A stretch of 64,000 nucleotides of DNA from Octopus vulgaris (GCA_951406725.2 OX597823.1:81902001-81966000); one strand, 5' to 3'. Shown: positions 49,733 through 62,180, counted from the first letter of the stretch. The notes: a model not told the origin generated them from the sequence alone. Numbers and translations are program-made.

Positions 49733-51303
49733 TTGGTTGAACTATGTAAAACGCTAGAGAACCTAACTGTTTCTTGCAATAGATATATCTAAAGCGAAAT
49801 TTTTTCATGAACTTTCAAAGTACTACTGTGAACCCAATTTACTATTTTGATTGTGTGGATCCCCAAAATTTTTATATTGACCCCAAGGTATTATACGGAC
49901 GCCGTTTGAGAACCACTGGGTTACACATGTGTCTCTTTAATGTTCTTGGTATGAAAAATACTTCTCATCTCAATTGAATAACGTAACACACCAACCTATT
50001 TTTATGTTTTACCGTAAAACAATTATTTTTATATAGCACCGTCGAATACTTTATATTCCACTGCAAAAAGTAGGCTCTTTATGAACTAAGACGGCAACGT
50101 ACCTTACCCCAGGTCAAACCTGAAAGAGTTGACTCATGACCAAAAACTTTCTAGTTTTGACGATTCCATTTATTTAACTAGACTACACTACTCTATTTGT
50201 CCTCTAATTTTTAAGTCAGCCGGATGCAATTTGTGGAAGGTTTGGCTGTAATTTTACCAGATTGAGCATGCTGATAGACGTTTCGACGTTGTTTTGATGG
50301 CGATGTGAAATTTCACTTTCCTCGAGGCATTTCATTCAATCAAACTTTATAATATTCCTATCTCTTTAGGTCTTTGTAAACCGTAATTCACCCCCCACAC
50401 ATATATAAGAGATTAATTTTAAGCTCCGTGCAGCAACTAAGTTAAGTGACTTGGAATAAATGAGTAGCGTTTCCTGCATGAATGCAAGGCATACAACGCC
50501 CGTCTAAGAGATATAAATAAGAGAAAATAGCAAATAAGGATTTTATAAATCACATATTTTAATGAGAGACAGCAAGAAAGATTGTACATATAAATGCTAT
50601 ATGCACTCTACTTCAGTTACGGCTTTTATAATTTAAAATTACATGTTTTACCAGGATTTGTAAGTCGGTTGTAGCCATGATCGAGAAGACATGTGATCAT
50701 AAGTATCCTAAACGTGACTAACCTGTATTTTATTCCTTAAAATACATTGGGTATCCAGGAGGGTATTATACATTACCCTTTTTTTTTAAAGACAGTAGGG
50801 TGTAAATCGGGGGAGATTTGGTTACTATTTCGATTTACCAACGGAGGTAAAAGCTTGCTTCGGCTCGAAACAGATTGAATACAATAAAACAGAGAAGAGG
50901 CGTACGTATCTTCGTTGGTGTATTGTGAGAGAAAGTAGAAAGCTGTTAGAACTCAATACTTCCCAGCATTAGAAATGTCCGTCGGCGAAAAGATGTGGTC
51001 CACCAGTTAATAGAGCTGGCAGAATCGTTAGAACGCCGGCTAGAATATTCAGCGACATTTCGTCACATTCATATTCTGAGTTCGAATTCCATTGAGGTCG
51101 ACTTTACCATTAAGTATCGATACAATAAGTAACAGTTGAACACTAGCATTGATGTAATCATCTTAACCCCTTTTCTGAACTTGCTGGCCTTGTGCTAAAA
51201 TAGGAAGCCGATATTATTTATCTCGTCATGGATGTGTGAATGAGCGTACGTACAAAGTTAAGTATTATTAAGGTTATTAATTTTGACGGGAAAAAACAAT
51301 TTA

Positions 51304-51366
51304 TTTCCATGCCGGTAATCGAACCCGGACCACAGCCAGGAATCCTAACCACTAGGTCACATGGGA
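51304..51366 (-). pseudogene. tRNA-Glu pseudogene lacking the anticodon
   Basis: Same 9-nt deletion as 39001-39063. Confidence 0.9.
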
Positions 51367-51797
51367 AAGACGCCTGCTAAACCTAACAGTTACTGTTTTA
51401 TTAAAGACACTGCGTTATTTAACCTATTTGTTTTTGTGTGAGTGTGTAAGGCTGTGTGTGTGTGTACATGTGTTCGCGCGTGCGAGCGTACTTGTATGCA
51501 TTCGTGTTTGTGCATCCCTCTCACTCATTCTCTCTCTCCTCTCTCTCTCCTCTCTCTCTCTCTCTCTATCATTCTATCAGTATCTATATATATTTGATAT
51601 TTCTTTAGACCTAGACACATCGCTTTCACGTCGCATTCTCTTTTATAAAAATGGTTAAAACATGGTTCTTAGATCTCTCCAGAATGAAAGGGAAACCGAA
51701 ATAAGTAAACAACTAAATCCCAAATCAACTTATATATAACTCTAAATTACATGACCGTCACTATAGATACATATTGACAGAGCAAAAAAAAAATGCG

Positions 51798-51869
51798 TTC
51801 CCATGCCGGGAATCGAACCCGGGCCGCCTGGGTGAAAGCCAGGAATCCTAACCACTAGACCACATGGGA
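51798..51869 (-). tRNA. tRNA-Glu(TTC)
   Basis: Identical to consensus. Confidence 0.97.
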
Positions 51870-51969
51870 AAGTTGCTTAGCTGATGCTACAGTTACTGTT
51901 TTATAAAACGTGTTGCGTTATTTTACCTATCTGTGTGTGTATATGTGTGAGTGTGTTTATATCTTTTAG

Positions 51970-53160
51970 TATTGCCTCCTACGTGCAGGCTTGTGACTAG
52001 AACTTCCAGTGGTTACCTCCACCTGTCCTTTTTCCCACTTCCCCATCGCCGCAGGACTCGAGGTTGACATTTCGAAAGCTGAACTGTACAGACACCTGAA
52101 ACTATTTTAAGTGAGAGAACTTTTGCACAAGGACTATCCCACCCTCTCGGTAGAAAACCGTTATGGCTAGAAACCCTTCCTGCTGCATTGGAGGGTTAGT
52201 ACCTCTGGTGGGTGAGTGGGGGTTCGTCGTTCTCCCTGGGAGTGGTTCGTCTACCTTTGGCCCCCATCTGGAATTCAGCTCTCACCTGTGGCTCCAAGTA
52301 GCTGTATCATGCGCAGCGGCCACATCCGGTAAACCGCTTCGACTGGTGGGCTACACCAGATGAGGATAGCCTAGGTACCTGAAACTCTGTGTGAGATACG
52401 GGCTCGGCGTATTTGCTCAGTAACAGGAAATCGTTGGTACTCGTCTTCTCAACTGCATGCTTCTCTATAACCCCTTTCCACTGTTCCTCGTCCTTGCTGA
52501 CTTTGGCTTTGAAGTCGCCAAGTATTAGAAACTTGTCGGTGTTAGGGGTGCCACGTAGTATAGTGTCCAAGCGGCAAAGAACTGCTCTCTGATCTCCTTT
52601 CGTAGTGAGTGTGTGTGTGTGTGTAGGGGCTTATGATGGGGAAGCGTTTGTCACTGACAGGTAATCTTCATAAGCCCTTCATTTACGCCTGTTGGCAGGC
52701 TGGGAATCCGTTTCAAGGACTGGACTTGATAGCGAATCCAACTCCATATATTCTGTCCTCATGTAGGGCCTTGCTTTTCCAGAAGAAAATGTAGCCATTG
52801 CCTGATTCTGTCAGTGACCCCTACTCAGCCAGTCGAGTTTCACCGATAGCTGTTATGCCGATACTGTATCTCGACAGTTCTTTGGCAATGAGGGCTGTTC
52901 TTCTCAGATGTCTGGAGACACTGCCTCGATCTTTGAGGGTACCTATGTTCCATATACCAATGACTATATTTTTCTTTCTTTGTTTGAATCGACTGCAATT
53001 AGATAAGTCTGTCATCTTCCTCAAGAGGCTCATCACCAGCGTTTTAGAGATCAACTTGCTTGAAGCCCAATGTGGCTTTCACTGTGGCCTCTGCACCATA
53101 AAAATGGCGTTTACTGTGCGTCAAGTTAAAGAGAAGTGTATTGAACAACAGAAGAATTCG
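51970..53160. mobile_element. RTE-BovB-like LINE relic (duplicate of 39700-40907)
   Basis: ORF 52821-53054(-) has IGIWNIGTL...RRTALIAKELSRY...ETRLAE. ORF 52798-53184(+) ends in EAQCGF...TVRQVKEKCIEQ. Confidence 0.8.
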
Positions 53161-53504
53161 TACAGTTCTATATTTAAGAGATGAGGAATTGTGTACATTA
53201 TTTACATTCGACGGATATTTGTCCTCATCTTGTTTGTTGTTATGTATACGTATTTGTGCGTGTGTGCTTTGTTCTTCTTTAGATCTTGTAATGCAGGAGT
53301 CTAAGATAATCGGTCTCTTATTCTGATACATCGACATTGTTTAACGGCTCGCATCTGCTTCTTTAAAGTTGATAAATCCTATTTGATTCTCAGATCTCTC
53401 TAAAAGAGAAAGAAGCGTTCAAATTGAATGAATAAATCTGGAATTAAGTTATATGAAACACTGAAGTATTTAGATAAATTATTTTAATAAAAATGATGAA
53501 TGCG

Positions 53505-53576
53505 TTCCCATGCCGGGAATCGAACCCGGGCCGCCTGGGTGAAAGCCAGGAATCCTAACCACTAGACCACATGGGA
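53505..53576 (-). tRNA. tRNA-Glu(TTC)
   Basis: Identical to consensus. Confidence 0.97.
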
Positions 53577-54155
53577 GAGCTGCTGGCTTAGATTACTCTT
53601 AATCGTTTATAAAATGTGTAACGTAATTTTATACATTTGTGTGTGTGTGTGTGTCTGTTTTTGTTTTGCATAAGAATCGGAAAATGAAGAATCAGAAAAG
53701 AAAGAGTCAGCACAATTCAATATTTTGTTCAGGTAGCGACATTATTTAACGTGTCGTATCTGCTTTTTCATTTCTTGCCCTATCCAAAAACAAAAGAAAC
53801 CAAATGAATGAATAAATTACTAAAGATAAAAAAAAAAAGGACTTCAGTTTCAGTGGGGTGCTTATATACGAGCCGAGCAGTTCTTTGAACCAGAAAACAT
53901 GAATATAGAAACGGTTTTTCTGTAGGAAATGGAAGTCGAATATCGAACTGAAACTTCATCGATTCGTACTAATAACTAGGAGCCTCTTCACTTAAGGAGC
54001 TAGAATTTGAATAACGAGTAAACTACGCATACATAAAAGTGGCTAAGTGAGCGTGTATAAAGGGTTCGTTAACGTGAGCATTTGCACATGTTAAATAGAA
54101 AATAATATTCTTCATATATTTTGTTCAACAAAAGCAAAAAGAGTAAGTGCACCCA

Positions 54156-54277
<122 letters not shown>

Positions 54278-54662
54278 ATAATAGTGAGTAGAAATATGAT
54301 TTTACATCTTTTTACATTTCTTTAACCCAGAAACGCGTATATAGTTAATCAAAGCCGGGTGGATTCGTTATTTTTTTCTTTTTACCTGCGAGTTGAGAGT
54401 ATTATTGTCTGAGAGATATCTTATGGTGGTGGAATAGTATTTAACTGCTATTTCTAAATTTCGGAAGGAATCAAAAGGAATGAGTGAAATTAAGTTATAT
54501 GTAACACTAAAGTATTTAGATAAATTCTTTCTCAGAAAATAAAGAATACAGGTTCCTATTACGAACAGACTACGCACGAGTATAAATAACTAGGTGCCTG
54601 AGTGCATGTATGCGTTGTTCTTTAGATTTAGCAATGCGGCAATCAGAGATAATCCATCTCTT

Positions 54663-54980
54663 ATTCTGATATACCGATATTGTTTGACGTGTCGCACCCG
54701 CTTTTTAAAAACTGGTAAATACTATTTATTTCTTAGATCTCTCCAAAATATGAATGAATAAAAAACAACTGGAATTATGTAACACTAAACTATTTAGATA
54801 AATTCTTTTGGTAAAAAAAGAAATTCTGATATACCGATGTTGTTTGACGTGTCACCCGCTTTTTAAAACTGGTAAATACTATTTATTTCTTAGATATCTC
54901 CAAAATATGAATGAATAAAAAACAACTGGAATTATGTAACACTAAACTAGTTAGATAAATTCTTTCGGTAAAAAAAGAAA
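54663..54980. repeat. Tandem duplication (about 160-bp unit) of a tRNA 3' flank
   Basis: ATTCTGATATACCGAT...GGTAAAAAAAGAAA occurs twice. Confidence 0.85.
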
Positions 54981-54986
54981 GACGCG

Positions 54987-55058
54987 TTCCCATGCCGGGA
55001 ATCGAACCCGGGCCGCCTGGGTGAAAGCCAGGAATCCTAACCACTAGACCACATGGGA
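54987..55058 (-). tRNA. tRNA-Glu(TTC)
   Basis: Identical to consensus. Confidence 0.97.
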
Positions 55059-55333
55059 GAGCTACTGGCTGAGTTTCACTGTTAATGATTTATAAAATGT
55101 GCAACGTAAAGTTGTTCTTTAGTTTTAGCAATGCAGGAGTCCAAGATAATGCACCTCTTATTCTGATATATTGTTTAATGCTTTGCATCTGCTTTCTTAC
55201 AAATGCTAAATATTATTTGTTTCTTAGATCTTTCCATCCAAAATATGAAGGAATCAAAAGGAATGAATAAAGCTGGAATCTTACGTAACAAGAAAGTATT
55301 TAGATAAATACTTTCGAGAAAAAGAAACACGCG

Positions 55334-55405
55334 TTCCCATGCCGGGAATCGAACCCGGGCCGCCTGGGTGAAAGCCAGGAATCCTAACCACTAGACCACA
55401 TGGGA
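55334..55405 (-). tRNA. tRNA-Glu(TTC)
   Basis: Identical to consensus. Confidence 0.97.
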
Positions 55406-55595
55406 AAAGCTAGTGTGGTGACGTTACTGTTAATCTTTTATAAAATATGCTGCGTTATTTTTTACCTATTTGTGCGGCTGTGTCTGTTTTTGTATTGACA
55501 AAGACTCGGAAAAGGAAGAATCTAAGGTCAACGTAATCCAATATTTTATTCAAATAGTGACATTATTTAACATGCCGTATCCGCTTTTTGTTTTC

Positions 55596-55863
55596 GAGAC
55601 CGGATCTTTTCACTTTGACCGGCAGATTTTTAAAATAATTTAGACGTCACTGATTGATTGAAATTTCCGAAATATAAGAAATTAAACAAGAAATAGCTTA
55701 CAAATAATTAAAAAAAAAATTTTTAAGCCTAACCCTAACCTTACTTTGTTTATAAAAAATAATCTATTTACTTAGTTGTAGCATCAACTACTTACGACTA
55801 GCTAGGGCGGATGCGCGAGTGCGCGAGTGCAGGCACCGGGACCATTGTTCGTTAGTAGTACCC
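55596..55863. mobile_element. Non-autonomous DNA element sharing one terminus with the MULE-like element
   Basis: GACTAGCTAG...GCGCGAGTGC...GGGACCA...TAGTACCC end as at 8311-8378; internal CCTAACCCTAACC. Partial paralog at 48687-48857. Confidence 0.55.
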
Positions 55864-56182
55864 ATATATACATACATACATATATACAATAGGCTTCTTC
55901 CAGTGTTCGCCTACCAGTTCCATTCACAACGTTTTGGTCGGTCCTGGCTATAGAAGAAGACACTTGCCCAATGTGCCACGCAGTGAGAATGAACTCGAAA
56001 CCATGTGGTTGCGAAGGAAACTGCTTACCACACCGCCGTGCCTTTATATATTAGTAGTTATTTAAACCTCATTTATTCTGAAATAGCGACATTGTTTAAT
56101 GCGTCATGCCTTTTTGTTTTAAAGAAATGGTAAATCGAACATGATTATCAGATTTCTCCGGGATAAAATGGAAGAACTAAAG

Positions 56183-56369
56183 TGTTTGACCCGAGCAAAA
56201 AAAAAATTAAAAATTAGTGTAACAGGTGTACAACAACTTGGTGTAAACGAATATGAAAACAAAAATGCGCGCTCGCGAAAGGGGGTGGAGAAGAGGACTT
56301 GGAATATTCACATATTGTTTTACACCTATTCCACTACTTTTGCTCTTTTATTTTTGCTCGGGTCAAACC
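56183..56369. mobile_element. MITE (paralog of 49177-49375)
   Basis: Same TIRs. Confidence 0.8.
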
Positions 56370-57048
56370 ATTTATAAAACCTAAATAAGGTTTTACGTAA
56401 CACAAAAATGCTTCCATTAGATCTTTCGATTGTTGTCACACTTTTTCAAAATTTTGATTGTGATCTACACATCGAGGACGAGACTCGTCTTATAAACTGT
56501 AGTTTCCTGCTCGGAATTTCTGGAACCACCGTTGAGACCGGCTTACGCTTATTGTCCGATCCCCATATACTGCATTAATATTCCTCGCACTTTCCGTTGC
56601 GTTATTGCCTTAATTGAACTCATAAAGCAAAATATGTCGAATATGCTCCTTTGTCGCTTCTATTATAGCTTTGAAGAAATAACTGTTAAAATCGAATTTG
56701 TATTGCGAATTTGTATTGCACACACAGGAATTCATATGATTATGCAATAATGAAAGAAGAAAAAAAAAGTAAAATATTTTCTAATATTCAGCGTGGAAAA
56801 TTACATCAACACACCAATTTTTAAAAATGTCCATAAACTTTGAAGTTTTCACAGGTGCAGACAAACAGAAAAATCAGTATTTGGACACATACGCTTACAT
56901 ACGTACACTCGCAAATAGTGAAAAGTAATGTAGCGTTTTTATAAATCAGTAATTGTAATAACAGAGTTATGGATTTTCCCGTAGAATATAACAAAGCTCT
57001 GTTTATGCCTTTAATAATTACTTTATTGAAGTATATGTTGTCCAACAT

Positions 57049-57120
57049 TCCCATGTGGTCTAGTGGTTAGGATTCCTGGCTTTCACCCAGGCGGCCCGGG
57101 TTCGATTCCCGGCATGGGAA
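57049..57120 (+). tRNA. tRNA-Glu(TTC)
   Basis: Identical to consensus. Confidence 0.97.
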
Positions 57121-57533
57121 CGCATATCTATTTTGATTTTTTAGTCAGAATCTATTTGTTGGAATATTAAAGACCCTTAGAGTTGATTATAATACAGCAG
57201 TCTTGATAAAGCAGTGACTGTTACAATGAATATACTGTTCTTCGCAAAATTTCTTGTGATATTAGCGGCATGCGATTGCACTCTTTCACCCACAGGTGCA
57301 GTCAAACAAAAAAGTCATTGGGACTCATAATTGTTGTCTGCCAGAATTCATTTGCAGTGATAATGGAAGTACTTTGGAGTTCCATATACACTGGAGTCTC
57401 TATATACGAGCATAATCTGCTACCGAACGCGATTCGTTACGTGAGTAACTGAAATAGATATGAATAGCGGTAATCTTTAATATTACAACAAATAAATTCT
57501 AACGAAAGAAAAAAAATGAAGCAAACGTATCTT

Positions 57534-57605
57534 TTCCATTGCCGGGAATCGAACCTGGGCTGCCGGGGTGAGAGCCAGGAATCCTAACCAATAGACCACA
57601 TACGA
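57534..57605 (-). pseudogene. tRNA-Glu pseudogene with a CTC anticodon
   Basis: Full length, but the acceptor stem is disrupted and there are several other substitutions. Loop CTCTCAC. Confidence 0.85.
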
Positions 57606-57699
57606 AAGCTTACTTTTTATGAAAACCTTGCATTACATTTTAATATTTGTGTGTGTACGTATATGTAAGTGTGTATGTCTAAATACTGACTTAGGGAGA

Positions 57700-58126
57700 G
57701 TTTCAAATCAAAGTAAAATTTGGTGTATTTGTGTAAATTCCCACGCTGAATATCAGGAGGTATTTCACTTTTTTCAGAATAATGTTCTAAAGTCATAGAT
57801 GTTTAAAGTTTGATCGTTTTTACGCAGTCAGAAAACAGGATCTAGTAGCTGTCATTTTGTAGCGTGACAGCATGTGTAGTCAATTATAAAGAAATGAAAC
57901 ACGTGTAGAGTTCTGTTATACGCACGTCATATAACCCCTTATAAATAACTTTTTTTAACTTTTTGGAATTTTCTGAAAATTTATGTTAGTTTGTATTGCA
58001 CGCACGGGAATTCATACGATTGCGCAAAAAAGAAAAGAAAATATCTACTGGGATTCAGCGTGGAAAATTACATTAATACACCAAATTGTAAAATTTTCAA
58101 TAAACTTCGAAATTTGCACAGGTGTA
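57700..58126. mobile_element. MITE with long TIRs (TA-ended, Tc1/mariner-type)
   Basis: TTGGTGTATT...CCACGCTGAAT pairs with ATTCAGCGTGG...AATACACCAA; ends CACAGGTGTA. Related pieces near 29942, 56690, 61330 and 62615. Confidence 0.6.
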
Positions 58127-58451
58127 CCTAAACAAAACAGATGCCCCTCCCTTTTTTTTTTATTCTTTCAGAAAACCGTTTGTATAATAGTACCCTACTG
58201 TATTTAAAATCGCTTTTTCTTTAGTTACTTATTTATTCATTTGATTTCTTTGTTTTGGAGAGATCTCGAAATCAAAAAATAGTTGTGACACATAAAATAA
58301 GATCTCCACCTGAATAAGGTATTGGATTACTTTAATTTCAAACTCTTCCTAATTCAGGATTTAGACATACACACATATGTAGACACACTAAGATTTAAAA
58401 ATAACGCAAGGCTTTTATAAAGCAGTAATTGTAATGCTAATGCATCGGCTT

Positions 58452-58523
58452 TCCTATGTAGTCTAGTGGTTAGGATTCCTGGCTTTCACCCAGGCGGCCC
58501 GGGTTCGATTCCCGTCATGGGAA
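58452..58523 (+). tRNA. tRNA-Glu(TTC) variant, possibly impaired
   Basis: C4T (wobble), G9A and G64T (T-stem mismatch). Strong T-run terminator. Confidence 0.72.
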
Positions 58524-58747
58524 TGTTACCTTTTTTTTTTTTTTCTCTGATAGTTAGATTCTATTAGTTTTAATATTACTGCTATTAATATTAATTTAGA
58601 TTACTCGTGTAACGATTTGCGTTCAGGAACAGATTAGGTTTGTATATAAACATTCCAGTGTATATAGAACTCCAAAATACTTTTCCTGTGACTACAAATG
58701 AGTTCTGGCAAAAAACACAAAACAAAAAACAAAAAAATAATAATGCC

Positions 58748-58810
58748 TTCAAGCGGTGGGATCGAACTCAGGATGCGTGGGTGAAAGCCAAGAATCTTAA
58801 ATACTAGACC
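58748..58810 (-). pseudogene. Degenerate tRNA-Glu relic
   Basis: GGGATCGAACTCAGG...TGGGTGAAAGCCAAGAATCTTAAATACTAGACC. Confidence 0.75.
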
Positions 58811-58999
58811 TGTTACTGTTTAAAATGCCGCATTCACATCATTAAAAATGGTAAACTCTACTTGATTCTTAGATCGATCGAAAATAAGAATCACTCAAAA
58901 GAAACGAATAAAACTCGAATAATGACATTCGTAATACCACAGTATTTAAATGACTGTATAGGTAAATTCTTTCGAAAAAAACAAACAAAAGCAGAAACA

Positions 59000-59071
59000 T
59001 TCCCATGCCGGGAATCGAACCCGGGCCGCCTGGGTGAAAGCCAGGAATCCTAACCACTAGACCACATGGGA
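59000..59071 (-). tRNA. tRNA-Glu(TTC)
   Basis: Identical to consensus. Confidence 0.97.
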
Positions 59072-59164
59072 AAGACGCTCGATGTCTGTTATAGTGAGTT
59101 TACATTAACAATGCTTCTTTATCATTTCTGTTTGTAGGTGTCTGTGAATGTATTTACGTTCCTT

Positions 59165-59418
59165 TTCTCTCTTACGTTTTACTTGTTTTAGTCCTTGCCC
59201 TGCCTCCATGCTGGGGCCCCTCTTTGAGGCATTTATTTGGTCGACCAAGTCGAACCCAGTACTTATTTTAAAACTTGATACTTATTTTGTCGGTCTGTTG
59301 GTGAACAGTAAAGTTATGGGGACGTAAACAAACCGATACAAGTTCCTCATCGGAGCTGGGGACAGACACGTACACAAAGATCCCCACACACTTATTCATA
59401 CATACATACATACATACA

Positions 59419-59452
<34 letters not shown>

Positions 59453-59620
59453 CATACATACATACATACAATGGGCTTCTTTCAGTTTCCGCCTACCAAA
59501 TCCATTCCCAACGCTTTGGTCGGTCTGGGCTATAGTAGAAGACACTTGTCCAATGTGTCACGTAGTGAGAATGAACTTGAAACCATGTGGTTGCGAAGGC
59601 AACTTCTTACCACACCGCCG
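59165..59620 (-). mobile_element. SINE family A, old and degenerate
   Basis: Family A body and head with a (CATA)n tract. Confidence 0.75.
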
Positions 59621-59650
59621 TTCCCATGCTGGGAATCGAACCCGGGCCGC
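59621..59650 (-). pseudogene. 30-nt 3' fragment of tRNA-Glu
   Basis: Matches consensus nt 43-72 with one mismatch. Confidence 0.8.
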
Positions 59651-59982
59651 ATATTAGTAGTTCTTTAGACCTGTCAAAGTAGAAAACTAAGGCAATCAAA
59701 TCATTTATTCTGACACAGCGACATTGGTTAGTACGCCATATCCTTTTTTCAAAGCAATGGTAAATCCAACGTGATTCTCAGATTTCTCCAGGATAGAATG
59801 AAGGAATAGATTTATAAAACCTGAATTAAGTTCTATGTAACACTAAAATGCTTCAATTGGATCTTTCGGTTACTGTCACACTTTTAGAAATTTATTATTA
59901 TGGTCCAATTGTTTTCAGTTTTGGAGGACTAATGTAGTTTTGTATACTAATTATGGAAATGGAATTCATTGTTGTCAGAAAG

Positions 59983-60175
59983 AAGTGGCTGTGTGGTAAG
60001 TAACTTGTTTCCCAACCACATGGTTCCGGGTTCAGTCCCACTGCGTGGCACCTTGGGCAAGTGTCTTCTACTATAGCCTCGGGCCGACCAAAGCCTTTTG
60101 GATGGATTTAGTAGACGGAAACTGAAAGAAACCCGTCGTATATATACATATATGTTTGTGTGTCCCTGTTTGTGG
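59983..60175 (+). mobile_element. SINE family A 5' part
   Basis: Head through the (TA)n region. Confidence 0.8.
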
Positions 60176-60375
60176 TCAAACTAAGGGGTCATTCATTTGA
60201 CGGTCTTTATGTTGGAGAAACCCCGCAATCAAAATGTGGTAGCGACACGTAAAATAAGGTCGTCACACGAATAAAATATTGGACTACTTTAATTTTTAAC
60301 TCTTCCTGTTTCAGGGCTTAGACACACACGCTTACACACAGATAATTAAAAATAACGTAGTATTTTTATAAAGCA

Positions 60376-60883
60376 CTAGCAGTATCGCCCGGCGTTGCTC
60401 GGGTTTGTAAGGGAAATAACTATATAAGCATTTTTAGAGAGTTACTTCCCTTATAAATTCGGGCTTTCTAAGCCATTTTTGTTTTGGTGTCTTCAAGCCA
60501 TGAAGTCGTTGTTCTAAAAGAACGCTGGTCTCCTTCACAACGCATTACGACGTTGATTTCTTTACACTCCCTTCCCCACAGCTTCACGAGGGAGGGAAGA
60601 AGGGGAGAAGCAAACAGGTGCAGCTGTGAGCGTGGACGCCAACTCCGCCGCCATCGACACACGATGCATTTTATGCATTAAAATGGAATAAAAAATGATG
60701 TTAAATTATTTTTAAAATCGTAGACTCATCGTTGACGCGCGCTAATAGTCAGGCGGGCTCGATATGAATCACGACTATAAGATACCCGAATTTGGTTAAA
60801 CTGCACCGCAAAATGTGGGAGGAGTTAGGAATCTAAATCGAAGGGGACAGACACTCACGCAACTAGAGTTTTATATATATAGA
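60376..60883 (-). mobile_element. Non-autonomous Helitron
   Basis: TC...hairpin-CTAG termini between A and T. Flanks rejoin to ATAAAGCA|TTAACTGTAAT, similar to 58417-58435. Confidence 0.85.
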
Positions 60884-60910
60884 TTAACTGTAATACCGAT
60901 CTACCAGCTT

Positions 60911-60982
60911 TCCCATGTGGTCTAGTGGTTAGGATTCCTGGCTTTCACCCAGGCGGCCCGGGTTCGATTCCCGGCATGGGAA
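60911..60982 (+). tRNA. tRNA-Glu(TTC)
   Basis: Identical to consensus. Confidence 0.97.
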
Positions 60983-61987
60983 CGCTTAGTTGTTTTTTTA
61001 AAGTTAGAATCTATTTGTTCTAATATTGAAGATTACTGCTATTTATAACTATTTCAGTTATTTACGTTACAAATTGCGTTCGGGAACAGATTATGCTCTT
61101 ATATAGAGACTCCGTGTATATGTAACTCCAAAGTACTTCTGTTATCACTGCAAATGAATTCTGACAGACAACAATTATGCGTTCCTAGGGCGGGAACGTT
61201 ATGAATAAATAAGGGGGTGGGGGATTGAAAGCTATTTTAAATACGGTAGGATATTATTATAAGAACTGTTTTCTGAACGAATAAAAGAAAAAAAAAAAGA
61301 GAGAGAGAGAATCATTTCTGTTTGGTTGCACTAATATTGAAAATTTTAAAATATGGTGTATTGAGATGTAAATTTCCACGTTGAATCTCGGGAGATATTT
61401 CACTTTTATCAGAATAATGTTTTAAGAAGTCATATAATTTTTACCCTGTCAGAAAACAGGATTTGGAAGCTGTCATTTTGTGCGTGACAGCACATGTTGG
61501 TAACTGTAAACAAATGGAATACTAACGGTGTTCTGCTTCATATACGCCATATAACATTTCATGAAAAAAAAAAATGTTTATTTTTTAGAATTTTCTGAAA
61601 ATTTTAGTGAATTTGTATTGCACGTACGGGATTTCGTACGACTGTGCAAAGGAGAAAAAAAGTAATGAATAAAAAATTGCATTTCTTCTGAAAATTGTAT
61701 TTGATTTAGCTTCTCAAGCGAAAGAAAGCTTTGAAAGGCTGTTCCAAGCCTGTACCAGTTTGTGTCTCACCGCCTTCATTGTCTTTGCCATTGTCCTGAA
61801 ATAGTACCAGGCAGTGGCTCACATGCCATCTGATCTTAACTGATTGGAAGTGTTACCATGTATATTGCTGTGTCTTGGTAGCAAATATTCTGCTCAGTAC
61901 CACAGATTTGCTGATCATTTGCTTGACCTTAATCACTTGAACATGTCTCTTAGTGGCTGACGATATGTGCATCTCTGATCACGAGCA

Positions 61988-62024
<37 letters not shown>

Positions 62025-62168
62025 ACATATGTACACATACAAATAGTTAAAAATAACCCAGCGCTTTTATAAAACAGTAATAATTTAAAACTTTTCCTAA
62101 GTCAGAATTTAGAAACACACACTCACATACAAATACACACAAATAGTTAAATACAACGTAGTGTTTAC

Positions 62169-62180
62169 ATAAAACAGTAA
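62169..62180 (+). promoter_or_regulatory. Candidate upstream Pol III (TATA-like) element ATAAAACAGTAA
   Basis: Lies at -35 to -24 of the tRNA. The same motif sits at the same distance for several diverged flanks, e.g. 51893-51904 on the minus strand. Confidence 0.45.

Noticed and set aside
55728-55741. Telomeric TTAGGG-type repeat
   Set aside because: Only about two units, internal to a mobile element.
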